From assembly GCA_049999805.1 (NCBI GenBank), contig JBNGIO010005800.1, forward strand, positions 125,031 through 189,030: DNA of 64,000 nt. Direction: 5' to 3'. A program made the translations under genes and the position numbers. The stretch comes from Folioceros fuciformis (taxonomy: Eukaryota). Every line of letters starts with the position of its first letter. Within the stretch, counting starts at the first letter, position 1. Under the pieces are notes generated by a model. That model was not told the DNA's origin, searched no databases, and saw nothing but the letters and a program-made list of their open reading frames with translations. Below, piece by piece: positions 16,552 to 25,921 of the stretch.

Positions 16552-18501
16552 ATGGCAGGCAGAGGAGCTTGGAGGACCCTTCTGCTACTCCTCCTGCTGC
16601 TGCTGCTGCGGCGGGGGGAAAGGGTCAGGGCTCAAGGCATCCACTGCCAGGACCATGACAGGACCTGCACCATCTCGTCCCACTTATCGGTCTGGGGAGA
16701 CCGGCAGGAATGCGCGTTTGCTAACGTGGTGCGCCCAACAACTGAACAGGAGCTGGTGCAAGCAGTGGCAAACGCAGTCCGCCATAACCGCAAGGTGAAG
16801 GTCACCCGCGGGTTCCCGCACTCCACCCCGAAGCTCACCTGCCCCGGGAGCAGCACGGGCACCGTCATCTCCACCGAGCGCTACGACGCGTCAATCGTGA
16901 TCGACAAAGACGTCCGGACGGCGACAGTGGGAGCGGGAGCCAAACTCCACGACCTCCTGGAGGCTCTGGCGGACCAGGGGCTGGCTCTCCCGAGTGTGCC
17001 CGTCTGGTCCTTCTTGTCGGTCGTGGGTCTCTTGTCAACGGGAGCCCACGGATCCTCGATGTGGGAGGAATCGCCCCCGCTCCACGACCGCATTGTGTCC
17101 CTCCGCCTGGTGGTGCCGGCCTCGGCCGCGGAAGGGTACGCGAAGGTGCTGGAGATCGGGGTGGGGTCGGATGAGGAGTTGCTGGCCGCGGCCAGGGTCT
17201 CGCTGGGCGTGCTGGGGGCCATCTCACAAGTGACTATCCGGGCGGACGCTGCCTTCAAGCGGAAGCTCAGCTTGNNNNNNNNNNNNNNNNNNNNNNNNNN
17301 NNNNNNNNNNNNNNNNNNNNNNNNNNNNNNNNNNNNNNNNNNNNNNNNNNNNNNNNNNNNNNNNNNNNNNNNNNCCGCGGCCAGGGTCTCGCTGGGCGTG
17401 CTGGGGGCCATCTCCCAGGTCACTGTCCGGGCGGACGCCATCTTCAAGCGGAATCTCAGCTTCGAGAAAGCCTCGGACTCCGACCTCGCAGAGCGCGTCC
17501 TCGCCCACTCTCAGAAGCGCGAATTCGGGGAGATATTCTGGTTCCCGTCGCAGCGCCAGGCCATCTTCCAGCACTCGAGCCGGGTGGAAGCCTCCGTGCC
17601 AGGAGACGACTCCTACGCCATGGCCGCGCTCCTCCCTCTGCCGCTCGAGCCCGTAGTGGCCGCGCGGGAGTTGGAGGAGGCCGCTGAGGCGACCCGGGAC
17701 CGGACCAAGCTCTGCGATCTGGCCCCCACCCTCATCTCCGCGAGCTGGAACACGGATCCGGACGCGCCCCCCCTGGTGGGTCTGAGCCACCGGATGCAGA
17801 CCTCCCAGGCCTGCACCGTCCGGGAGCCCGGGGACGGGACCTACTGCCTATTCGAGGAGCCCAGGATGCACTGGCACGAGACCTCCTTCACCGTGAACGC
17901 CTCCAGGATCGGAGACTACGTCCGGGACATTGCGGCCCTGCGGGACAAGCGCCCTGACAGCCTCTGCGGGCTGGCTTTCGCGTACGGGCTGTGGTTCCGG
18001 TTTGTCCCAGGCCCATCGCGGGCGCTGCTCGGGGAGGCGTGGGACGTGGTGGATGTGAACGCGCTCTACTTCCGCAGCGCGCCGGCGCAGGCGGAGGAGC
18101 CCAGACTGGACCAGGATGTGTACGACGAGATGGAGCAGCTGGCGATGTTGAAGTACCGAGGGACGCCGCATTGGGGAAAGTCCAACCGGCACGTTTCCTT
18201 CCTCGGGGTGAAGGAGAAGCTAGGAGGTCGGGTGGAGCGGTTTGTGGAGGTGATGAAGCGGCTGGACCCTCAGGGTATCTTCTCCAGCCCATGGACCGAC
18301 GCTGTGCTGGGTCTGGGCGGGACGGAGCTCAACGACCTCAGGCCGCTTTGTGGGCTGGAAGGCATGTGCATCTGCCAAACCGATGAGCATTGCAGGCCCA
18401 GCGCTGGGTATTTCTGTCGCCCGGGATTGGTGTTTCCTGAAGCCCGGGTCTGCAGGTTCGAAGCCTCAGAGGCCTCTCGTAGTCTGAAGGACGAATTGTG
18501 A
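16552..18501 (+). CDS. L-gulonolactone oxidase-like FAD oxidoreductase (plant GULLO family) with signal peptide and C-terminal KDEL; spans a 100-N gap
   Basis: Signal peptide MAGRGAWRTLLLLLLLLL; FAD-binding region (VRPTTEQELVQAV...PHSTPKL..., STGAHGSS, ARVSLGVLGAISQVT); DVYDEMEQLA..YRGTPHWGK; Cys-rich tail CICQTDEHC.P..GYFCRPG.V...ARVC; ends LKDEL. Confidence 0.9.
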   Translation: MAGRGAWRTLLLLLLLLLLRRGERVRAQGIHCQDHDRTCTISSHLSVWGDRQECAFANVVRPTTEQELVQAVANAVRHNRKVKVTRGFPHSTPKLTCPGSSTGTVISTERYDASIVIDKDVRTATVGAGAKLHDLLEALADQGLALPSVPVWSFLSVVGLLSTGAHGSSMWEESPPLHDRIVSLRLVVPASAAEGYAKVLEIGVGSDEELLAAARVSLGVLGAISQVTIRADAAFKRKLSLXXXXXXXXXXXXXXXXXXXXXXXXXXXXXXXXXXAARVSLGVLGAISQVTVRADAIFKRNLSFEKASDSDLAERVLAHSQKREFGEIFWFPSQRQAIFQHSSRVEASVPGDDSYAMAALLPLPLEPVVAARELEEAAEATRDRTKLCDLAPTLISASWNTDPDAPPLVGLSHRMQTSQACTVREPGDGTYCLFEEPRMHWHETSFTVNASRIGDYVRDIAALRDKRPDSLCGLAFAYGLWFRFVPGPSRALLGEAWDVVDVNALYFRSAPAQAEEPRLDQDVYDEMEQLAMLKYRGTPHWGKSNRHVSFLGVKEKLGGRVERFVEVMKRLDPQGIFSSPWTDAVLGLGGTELNDLRPLCGLEGMCICQTDEHCRPSAGYFCRPGLVFPEARVCRFEASEASRSLKDEL

Positions 18502-20266
18502 ACCATCCTTGATCGTTGAGACCAACTCTGATCCCTCACACTAAACCTAATTCAAGTCCACCGCCATTTGCCAACCACTTGCAAAATCACAGCTCTTGCA
18601 GGCAAATCTGCGACTCAATGCAGTCATCCTTCGACTGCAAGATGGAGAGCTACAGGCACCAGAGATGCACAGGCTCGCCATACAAGTACGCAGTGAGAAA
18701 TGTACGAGGATATGAAAAGAGCAAGATCGTGAGAAATACAGTGCGTGATTCCTCCAATCCAGCAATCTGAAAAGAAGCTTGACCTGGGATTAAACTGAGA
18801 GATTGACCATTGCATATGTATAGACGTACACTCATCCGATGTCGCAACCTGTTATCCTCGGGGAGATCAAATTCTGACAACTGCAGTGAGCTTTAGTGTA
18901 CAGTCTTTTCAGTGCTGACACGTGCTCTGATCGCTAGATCCAGTTGTTGACCGCAAGTATGCGAACTCCTTTTACGCTTGTGCTTAAGTTGAACATCTGT
19001 ACTCGCCAGATCCGGGATGATTCTGTCTGTAACGACTGGAAATTCTGGTAGTACTCAACGCTCTACTATCATCATCCGCTTTCCTGTCATCAACGGCACG
19101 CCTGCCGCTCCATGGAATCCGCAGCTGTCAGAGCAGAAAAGCTGAAAAGCCTCCTCCTGCCGTGAGGATTTACTATGATGATTGCTGGTTTTGGAACTGC
19201 TATGGCTGACGATTGCTGGTCTTGCAACTGCTGTGAGATATGAGGAATGGTCAGTTCAGGGCCATTTCGGAGCCGTTGTTCCGAATTTGCAGAGCACTTG
19301 GAAGCTGCAAACTTGCTTCTATCAGGTGAAAGTGGACAGACGGAAGTCTGTGGTGTTTGAGCCTTGAAGCCCGGCAATGAGCAGCTCCTTAAGCTTAGGG
19401 TAGACCAATTTGATCAGGGCCATTACGGCGAACAGAATAACCTGGATGCTACTCCTTGCAGCTCAACGTTTCCTTTTCCGCAGTATCCGTGCTGATTCGT
19501 GCTCATCAGCTGAAATCCTCTGCTCAAGGCTCTGTCGTTTTGTAGCAGTCCTTTTCCTTTTGGTGACAGTCTTGTTGAGGAATTGTAACGTGGGGATGTA
19601 TGCAATAAGTCCCACAATCGCCTTGATTTCGCAGGGAAGAAATCCCTCAGGGACCTCTTGAAATGTAGTTGTATGAATGGAAGGCCTTTGGCAGGAGGAT
19701 TCTACCACATACTAGGGATTTCTTAGACAGAAATTCCTCTGGATGTTATGTACTGTGACACGACAACTCAGATTTACACTGCCGGGTTCGAGGTTGGACT
19801 TGAGGATGGAGCTAGGCCATGTTCTGACTTGACGAATTAACAAGCTTCATCGGACCAACATCAGCCTCCAACAATGGCAGCATGTGCAACCTCCTCAACG
19901 ACAGAAAATGTCCCTCATTTGCAATGGACTCCCTCGGCACGCACATAGACTGGGCTCCAGGACCTCTCATGAGACGTCTCAGCAGTCGTCTCAGCAGTTC
20001 GAGATTTGCATATCCCAGTTCCAACACCTCTGACAGGCACGCCACTCAGCTGTCCACCATTTGCTTCAAACCTCTCAGTTATCCAGCATGTGTACTTTTG
20101 ACTGCCTCAACTGCAAGACTTCTCAAGCTCCAGATACAGCTGTTACCTGGATTCTCTTCCACGGTTTCAAAAACCTACGGCTATTCCATGCTTAGTGCTA
20201 ATCCCACAAAATTTTACTCTCATCAGACTATACTGTTAGCTAATTGTGTAGGAAGCGGTATATCGA

Positions 20267-20347
20267 GTGGTCGTGCCGGAGTGGTTATCGGGCATGACTA
20301 GAAATCATGTGGGTTCGCCCGCGCAGGTTCGAATCCTGCCGACCACG
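20267..20347 (+). tRNA. tRNA-Ser (anticodon AGA)
   Basis: Acceptor stem GTGGTCG/CGACCAC plus discriminator G; D arm CCGGAGTGGTTATCGG; anticodon arm CATGA-CTAGAAA-TCATG; long variable arm; T arm GCAGG-TTCGAAT-CCTGC. Confidence 0.97.
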
Positions 20348-21072
20348 CCCTATTCACCGGGTGCCGACGACCTCAATTTGGCCTTAACCATGACAATGCA
20401 GTTTCTTTGCGTGGTACTGTTGCTGTTTGCCTTACTGTTCCGTTACCCGTGACAAAAAAGTCTCTTTGCGTGCCACTGATGCTGTTCGCCTTAGCTCCAT
20501 AAGGTGGGTACACTGGAATCCGCTTCGCCAAGACCCGACAAAATCGAAGGAGAGTTCGCAAGATGTGCCGGTATACTTAGAACGCGCACTCCTTGCTGGA
20601 GCATTCCGCCGCCACGGTAGAAGGGGAGCCAGGTTCAGATAGCGGTGCTGTTGGTCGCGGTTTTGACGTACAGATAACGACAAATGGGGCAGCGGGGCTG
20701 GGATGGGCGACGCTACTGGAGCTGCTGTCGCGGCAGCCTACGTCGCCGTGGACGGTCCCTCTGTAACCCTTGCTTGGTAAGTCCTTCAATGTTCGATGTG
20801 AGGAGGTTCAGCCAGCTGGCGTACAGGTGCCTTCGTATTGGCACACGCCAGCCGTTCATTCAACTGATAAGTTAGTGTCTTACAAGCTGGGTTTGTCTTC
20901 CAAGAAGATGACAGTCGGACCCCAGAAAACAAGTTGGGGATGCAGCAGCCAGAAGGGGTGTGTACTTGAACGTAGGAATCTCAGGGCACTGTATCCACAA
21001 GGTAGGGTGCCACCACCCGCAGGGTCGTGAGTACTGGAGACCTCACCGGCACACGTCAGTATGCATCCGGCT

Positions 21073-22950
21073 TCATAGGAGAGGTCCATTTGCCTGTATG
21101 TCCCTAACAATCTGGGTGTACTGAAGGAGCCCCTCCCGCAGCATGTCTCCGCTTGCCTCCTCCGGATGCAGTGTATGGGGCCTTGCGTGCTCGATACCAT
21201 GATGTGCAGACTGACTCCTGCCAGAATCCTGATCCACTCCAGCAACGTCTAACTCCTTCGAGTCCAACAAAACATTGTGGAGACACATGCAAGCAGTGAT
21301 CACCTTTGGAAGGTAGCCGGCAGCCAGGCGACTGGGGCGTGCCAGCTCCTGGAATGTTCTCTTCAACACAAAGAAAGCCTGCTCGATCAAAACTCGACCC
21401 TGATTGACTCGGTTGTTGAAGTCCTTCTCATCCTCTGTCAAAGACCTTCTCCCATAGTGCTTAAATGGTGTGATCAACCACTGTAAGTTGGGAAAAGAGT
21501 TGTCGCCCAACAAGTAGCTATGGAGCAGCACACCAGAAGGAAAACTATCGGGTCGGTCATCAAAGATGAGATGGTTGTTGGCCATTTTCCATAAGACAGA
21601 ACTCCTTAACACTTTACTGTCGTGACCGTACCCAGGCATACTTACGAACACATCTGTGAACCTCAGATTGTGATCACATACAGCTTGAACTGTGTAACTG
21701 ATAGTCTGCTTCCTGCACTTCCGATCCTGTCCGCTCAAGGAAGGCTGCATAATGGAGACGTGGGAGCTCCCAATGCACCCCATGCAGTTCGGTAACCCTG
21801 TCCGACTGTGGATGTTGTCCATAATGTCGTGCATGTACTGTCCTGAAGGCCACAAAAACTTCTGGCCAAAAACCTTGACAATAGCAGGAATAATCTCCCT
21901 CATGATATCATACACAGTAGCCTTCCCAATGTTGAATGCCTCCGAAGTTTTCGCCAAGGTAGAACCATTTACCAGCTTGTAAATACATGCAGCCACCTTT
22001 AGTTCCACACAGATAGGCTTCTTAAAATTTGTCATCTGCTTAGTACAATGTGGCCTCAGCGCCTCCATGATGAAATTGAAAGTGCCAGTGGACATCCTCA
22101 AGTTCTCGATGCACTTCTCATCGTTGCAGATCCCCATCTGATAATCGTGAAACCAATCCATACCTTTCCGAGCGCCCCCGGAATCTTCTCTGTCTCTCGC
22201 AACAGCAAGCAGTAGACTGTTTAGGTTTATCTGGCACGTGGACACGATGGGCAACAGCCGGGTATACTCATCATCCTCTTCATCGCTAACCCTCCTACTC
22301 TCATCATCCAGCTCCAGCAGCAATTGCTGCACTGCGCTATCTTCCCTCTTCCGTTTTCCCCCACTCCACACTGTGGGAAGCAAGGAAATAATCTGCTGCA
22401 ACACTAAGACCACCAATCCCAACAGGGCACTCAGTTGCTGATCTCTTGAGGTCCCGTAAATCGGAGACTGCGCCATACCTCGAGCTGCTTGAGGCATTCC
22501 TGCGGAAAAAGCTCCGCAAAGCCTGGCAACCCCCTGAGACGCAGACGTCTCAGAAGGTCTCAGGACGGCATCGGATTCCATTTCCTTGTGCGCGAAGTTG
22601 AAGTCATTGGAGTCCCCTCTCAAGAGCTGTACGATGTCGTCCGGAATAGGACAGAATTCGTTGTGGACAGGCTGAGCACTTGCTGCTGCGGCCCCTGCTC
22701 CCTCCACAGCAAGAAGGGCTGAGCTCTGGTCGCCGTAGTGGGAGACCCGTTCCGCCACAGGAGCACTCGCAGAGTCAGTCTGCAATCTCAAGGGCGGTGC
22801 CACCTGTCCCGCCAAGGCAGCTACCAAGAGAGAGCACTCCCCCTCAAAATGGACTCCGCAATGCTGGAAACTGTCCATACCGTGCCGTGCATGCCTATCC
22901 TCAACTGCGCCAGAAACCCTCCCAATCTCTTGTGCGTAGTACTCCCCCAT
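21073..22950 (-). CDS. PIF/Harbinger transposase-derived (HARBI1/ALP1-like) protein
   Basis: Intact ORF with LRMSTGTF, HTH-like segment (LAKTSEAFNIGKATV), NCMGCIGSSHV (canonical GAIDGTHI), QAVCDHNLRFTDV..PG..HDS.VL, YLLGDNSFP..WLITPF and FN....RVLIEQAF.VLK, ACMCLHN. Start codon uncertain. Confidence 0.88.
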   Translation of the reverse strand: MGEYYAQEIGRVSGAVEDRHARHGMDSFQHCGVHFEGECSLLVAALAGQVAPPLRLQTDSASAPVAERVSHYGDQSSALLAVEGAGAAAASAQPVHNEFCPIPDDIVQLLRGDSNDFNFAHKEMESDAVLRPSETSASQGVARLCGAFSAGMPQAARGMAQSPIYGTSRDQQLSALLGLVVLVLQQIISLLPTVWSGGKRKREDSAVQQLLLELDDESRRVSDEEDDEYTRLLPIVSTCQINLNSLLLAVARDREDSGGARKGMDWFHDYQMGICNDEKCIENLRMSTGTFNFIMEALRPHCTKQMTNFKKPICVELKVAACIYKLVNGSTLAKTSEAFNIGKATVYDIMREIIPAIVKVFGQKFLWPSGQYMHDIMDNIHSRTGLPNCMGCIGSSHVSIMQPSLSGQDRKCRKQTISYTVQAVCDHNLRFTDVFVSMPGYGHDSKVLRSSVLWKMANNHLIFDDRPDSFPSGVLLHSYLLGDNSFPNLQWLITPFKHYGRRSLTEDEKDFNNRVNQGRVLIEQAFFVLKRTFQELARPSRLAAGYLPKVITACMCLHNVLLDSKELDVAGVDQDSGRSQSAHHGIEHARPHTLHPEEASGDMLREGLLQYTQIVRDIQANGPLL

Positions 22951-24148
22951 GCTCCCGTGCACTGCTGCCCTGTGTTCAAAGGCAATTGGGGAAACGACGT
23001 TTCCGCAGGCAGCATCATCCTACCAGAGAAAGCGAGCCCCTCCAGCCCTGTTGCACCACCATCCAACATCCGCCCATTCTTTAACATCCCTGTCCTCGGC
23101 CTCAGAATCCACAGTTCACTCCAACACGTGAACACGTGCTGGTCTTCTGCAGTTGTCTCACCTCTCCCCGGTGAGGTTGAGAGGAGGCATTTCCTTGTTG
23201 ATGAAATCCTTATTCTAGGAGTGTACCTAGGACAGATATGCCCCATATTGTGTGTGAAAACTGTATGATCTTTCAATATAGTTTAATATTGCTCGAATTA
23301 CGCATATTTGATTTAAGGTTTTAGTATTATGGCGCTTGAGATAATGCTGTTCGACACTGTAGATGGTGTGTATAAATGTACCCCTTTTGTTGAAAACGAT
23401 ACGATTCCTCGCGATTCCTGCGCTAGCGGAAACCTGAGGTCAAGGCTTCTGGACTCGATTTGAAGCAATGCAGACTGAAAACATGAGCTGGGACGCGGTG
23501 TAAAGCTTTGTTCGTGGTTCCAGCAGATGCCTCAAGCTGCTGCTACCCGGGAAGACGTCCACTCGGGAAGTGGGAAACACTGGACAGTCGAGCGTTGCCA
23601 GCCAGCAGCGCTCAACATTGACAACACATGTCGCTCCCCAAGGCCTACCATTCGTACAATGCGGGCCGCGCGCGGGGCACCGCGGTGACGTTCACCGCAG
23701 GTCTCCGGTGCTTTACGCTTCCGGTCACGGGGAATGTGAAGTGAAGGCTCTGGGCCGCCAAGCAAACCCTTCCACGCCTGCGAGCGCTGACAGCGGACGG
23801 CCTGGTAATTGTGCGAGTCATGGATACCATACAAGCACCGGCGTGTACGCGAATAGCCCAAGCTTGGTTTGTAAGAGTACACTACTGCAAGGTTCTGTTG
23901 TTCATGTACGTGTCTCGCTGCCTGGTCTGGTCAAGCCTTTTGACTCCTTCCTGGCTTCTATCGTTCGTTCCAGGTGGCGTCCAAGAGGCCCTTCCTTCTC
24001 TGGAGGAAAATTAAAGGATCTTGTTCTGACGATGAAATGCAGGCGCAGTTTGGGGACTAGTCTCTGTTTGTGGATGATTGCACAGCGTGTGGTGGTCGCA
24101 GAGGAGTTGATGGGTCTCGGCAATATCCACTACCTGAAATCACATGCC

Positions 24149-25921
24149 TCACAACTCGTCCTTGCCAAATGTTTTGTGAGGCGGATCGAACCTGCAGACC
24201 CGGGCTTGAGGAAACACCAACCCTGGGCGACAGAAATACCCAGCGCTGGGTTTACAATGCTCATCGGTCTCGCAGATGCACAGCCCCTCAAGCCCGCAGT
24301 GCGGCTTGAGCTGGTTGAGGTCGGTTCCCCCCAGAGACAGCACGGCGTCGGACCAGGGGCTGGAGAAAATGCCCTCGGGATCCAGCCTCCTCTTCACCTC
24401 CACAAACCGCTGAAGCTTGTCGCCAAGCTTCTCCTTGGTCCCGAGGAAGGAGACGAAGCGGTTGGACTTCCCCCAGTGCGGCCTCCCGCCGTACTTGACC
24501 ATGGCCAGCTGCTCGATCTCGTCGTACACATCCTGGTCGAGCCTGGGCTTGTCCGCCCCATCCGGGCCAGTGCGGAAGTACATGGCGTTCACATCCACCA
24601 CATCGTAGCTCTCCCCGAGCATCGCTCGCGACGGGCCCGGGATGTAGCGAAACCACAGACCGTACGTGAACGCCAACCCGCACAGACTGTGAGGCCGCTT
24701 GTCCCGCAGAGCCGCCACGTCCCGAACGTAGTCCCCGATTTTGGAGGCGGCTATGGTGAAGGAGGTTTCGTGCCAGTGTATCCTGGGATCGTCGAAGAGG
24801 CAGTAGGTTCTGGTCCCGGAGTTAGCCTCGGCCCCGGCCCCGGGATTCTGCTCCCTGCACGCCTGGCTGGTCTGGATCCTGTGGCTGAAGCCCACCAGCG
24901 GCTTCTTCTCCTCCTGGGTGTCCCAGCTGGCGGCGATGAGCTCGGGAGCGAGGTCGCACATTTGGCGCCGGTCCCCACTCTCCTCCGCCGATTCCTGCAC
25001 CGCGCGTGCCAGAGCCACCTGCTCCGGGAGGATAGGGAGGATGGCCGCCATGCCGTACACGTCATCTCCGGGAGTGGAGGCCGGGACTCTGCTGGAGTGC
25101 AGGAAAACGGCCTGGCGCTGCGACGGGAACCAGAAGACCTCCCCAAATTCGCTCCTCTGGGAGTGGGAGAGGACTCGATCCGGGAGGTCGGAGTCGGAGG
25201 CCTTCTCCAAGCTGAGCTTCCGCTTGAAGGCAGCGTCCGCCCGGATAGTCACTTGTGAGATGGCCCCCAGCACGCCCAGCGAGACCCTGGCCGCGGCCAG
25301 CAGATCCTCGTCCGACCCCGGCCCGATCTCCACCACCTTGGCGTACCCTTCCCCCGCCGAGGCCGGCACCACAAGGCGCAAAGACACTATGCGGTCGTGG
25401 AGGGGGCCCGATTCAGGCCACAACGACGAGCCGTGGGCGCCCGTGGACATGAAGCCCACCACGGTGAGGAAGGACCAGACGGGCACGCTCGGGAGAGCCA
25501 GCCCCTTCTCCGCCAGGGCCTCCACGAGATGATGCAGCTGGGTTCCCGCTCCCACTGTCGCGGTCCGGGCGCCTTCGTCCACCATTATCGTCGGGTCGTA
25601 ACGCTCGGTGGAAATGACGAAACCCCTGCTGCTCCCGGGGCAGGTCAGCTTGGGAGTGGAGTGTGGGAACCCGCGAGTGACCTTCACGTTGCGGCCATGG
25701 CGGACCGCGTCGGACACCGCCTGCACCATCTCCTCCTCCGTCCTGGGGTACACCACTTTGGCGAAGGCGCATTCCAGCCGGTCTCCCCACACCGACATCC
25801 ATGGCGTGATCGTGCAGGCGGTGTCCTGGCCCTCGCAGTGGATGCCTGCGGATGCAGCGGCTTGCACTCTTTGCAACAGTAGCGGCAGCAAAATTATGCT
25901 CCACGCTGCGAGGCCGGCCAT
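24149..25921 (-). CDS. L-gulonolactone oxidase-like FAD oxidoreductase, paralog 2, with signal peptide and C-terminal KDEL
   Basis: Intronless; begins MAGLAAWSIILLPLLLQRVQA; same motifs as 16552-18501; ends FGKDEL. Convergent with paralog 1. Confidence 0.92.
   Translation of the reverse strand: MAGLAAWSIILLPLLLQRVQAAASAGIHCEGQDTACTITPWMSVWGDRLECAFAKVVYPRTEEEMVQAVSDAVRHGRNVKVTRGFPHSTPKLTCPGSSRGFVISTERYDPTIMVDEGARTATVGAGTQLHHLVEALAEKGLALPSVPVWSFLTVVGFMSTGAHGSSLWPESGPLHDRIVSLRLVVPASAGEGYAKVVEIGPGSDEDLLAAARVSLGVLGAISQVTIRADAAFKRKLSLEKASDSDLPDRVLSHSQRSEFGEVFWFPSQRQAVFLHSSRVPASTPGDDVYGMAAILPILPEQVALARAVQESAEESGDRRQMCDLAPELIAASWDTQEEKKPLVGFSHRIQTSQACREQNPGAGAEANSGTRTYCLFDDPRIHWHETSFTIAASKIGDYVRDVAALRDKRPHSLCGLAFTYGLWFRYIPGPSRAMLGESYDVVDVNAMYFRTGPDGADKPRLDQDVYDEIEQLAMVKYGGRPHWGKSNRFVSFLGTKEKLGDKLQRFVEVKRRLDPEGIFSSPWSDAVLSLGGTDLNQLKPHCGLEGLCICETDEHCKPSAGYFCRPGLVFPQARVCRFDPPHKTFGKDEL

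Noticed and set aside
20348-20420. No T4 terminator right after tRNA-Ser, suggesting a dicistronic tRNA-ncRNA
   Set aside because: TTTCTTT ~55 nt downstream may terminate Pol III, and no snoRNA boxes were convincingly identified.
23570-25258. 562-aa plus-strand ORF, and other antisense ORFs over the PPR, GULLO, globulin and SYF1 genes
   Set aside because: Shadow ORFs of GC-rich coding sequence on the opposite strand or frame; no recognisable domains.
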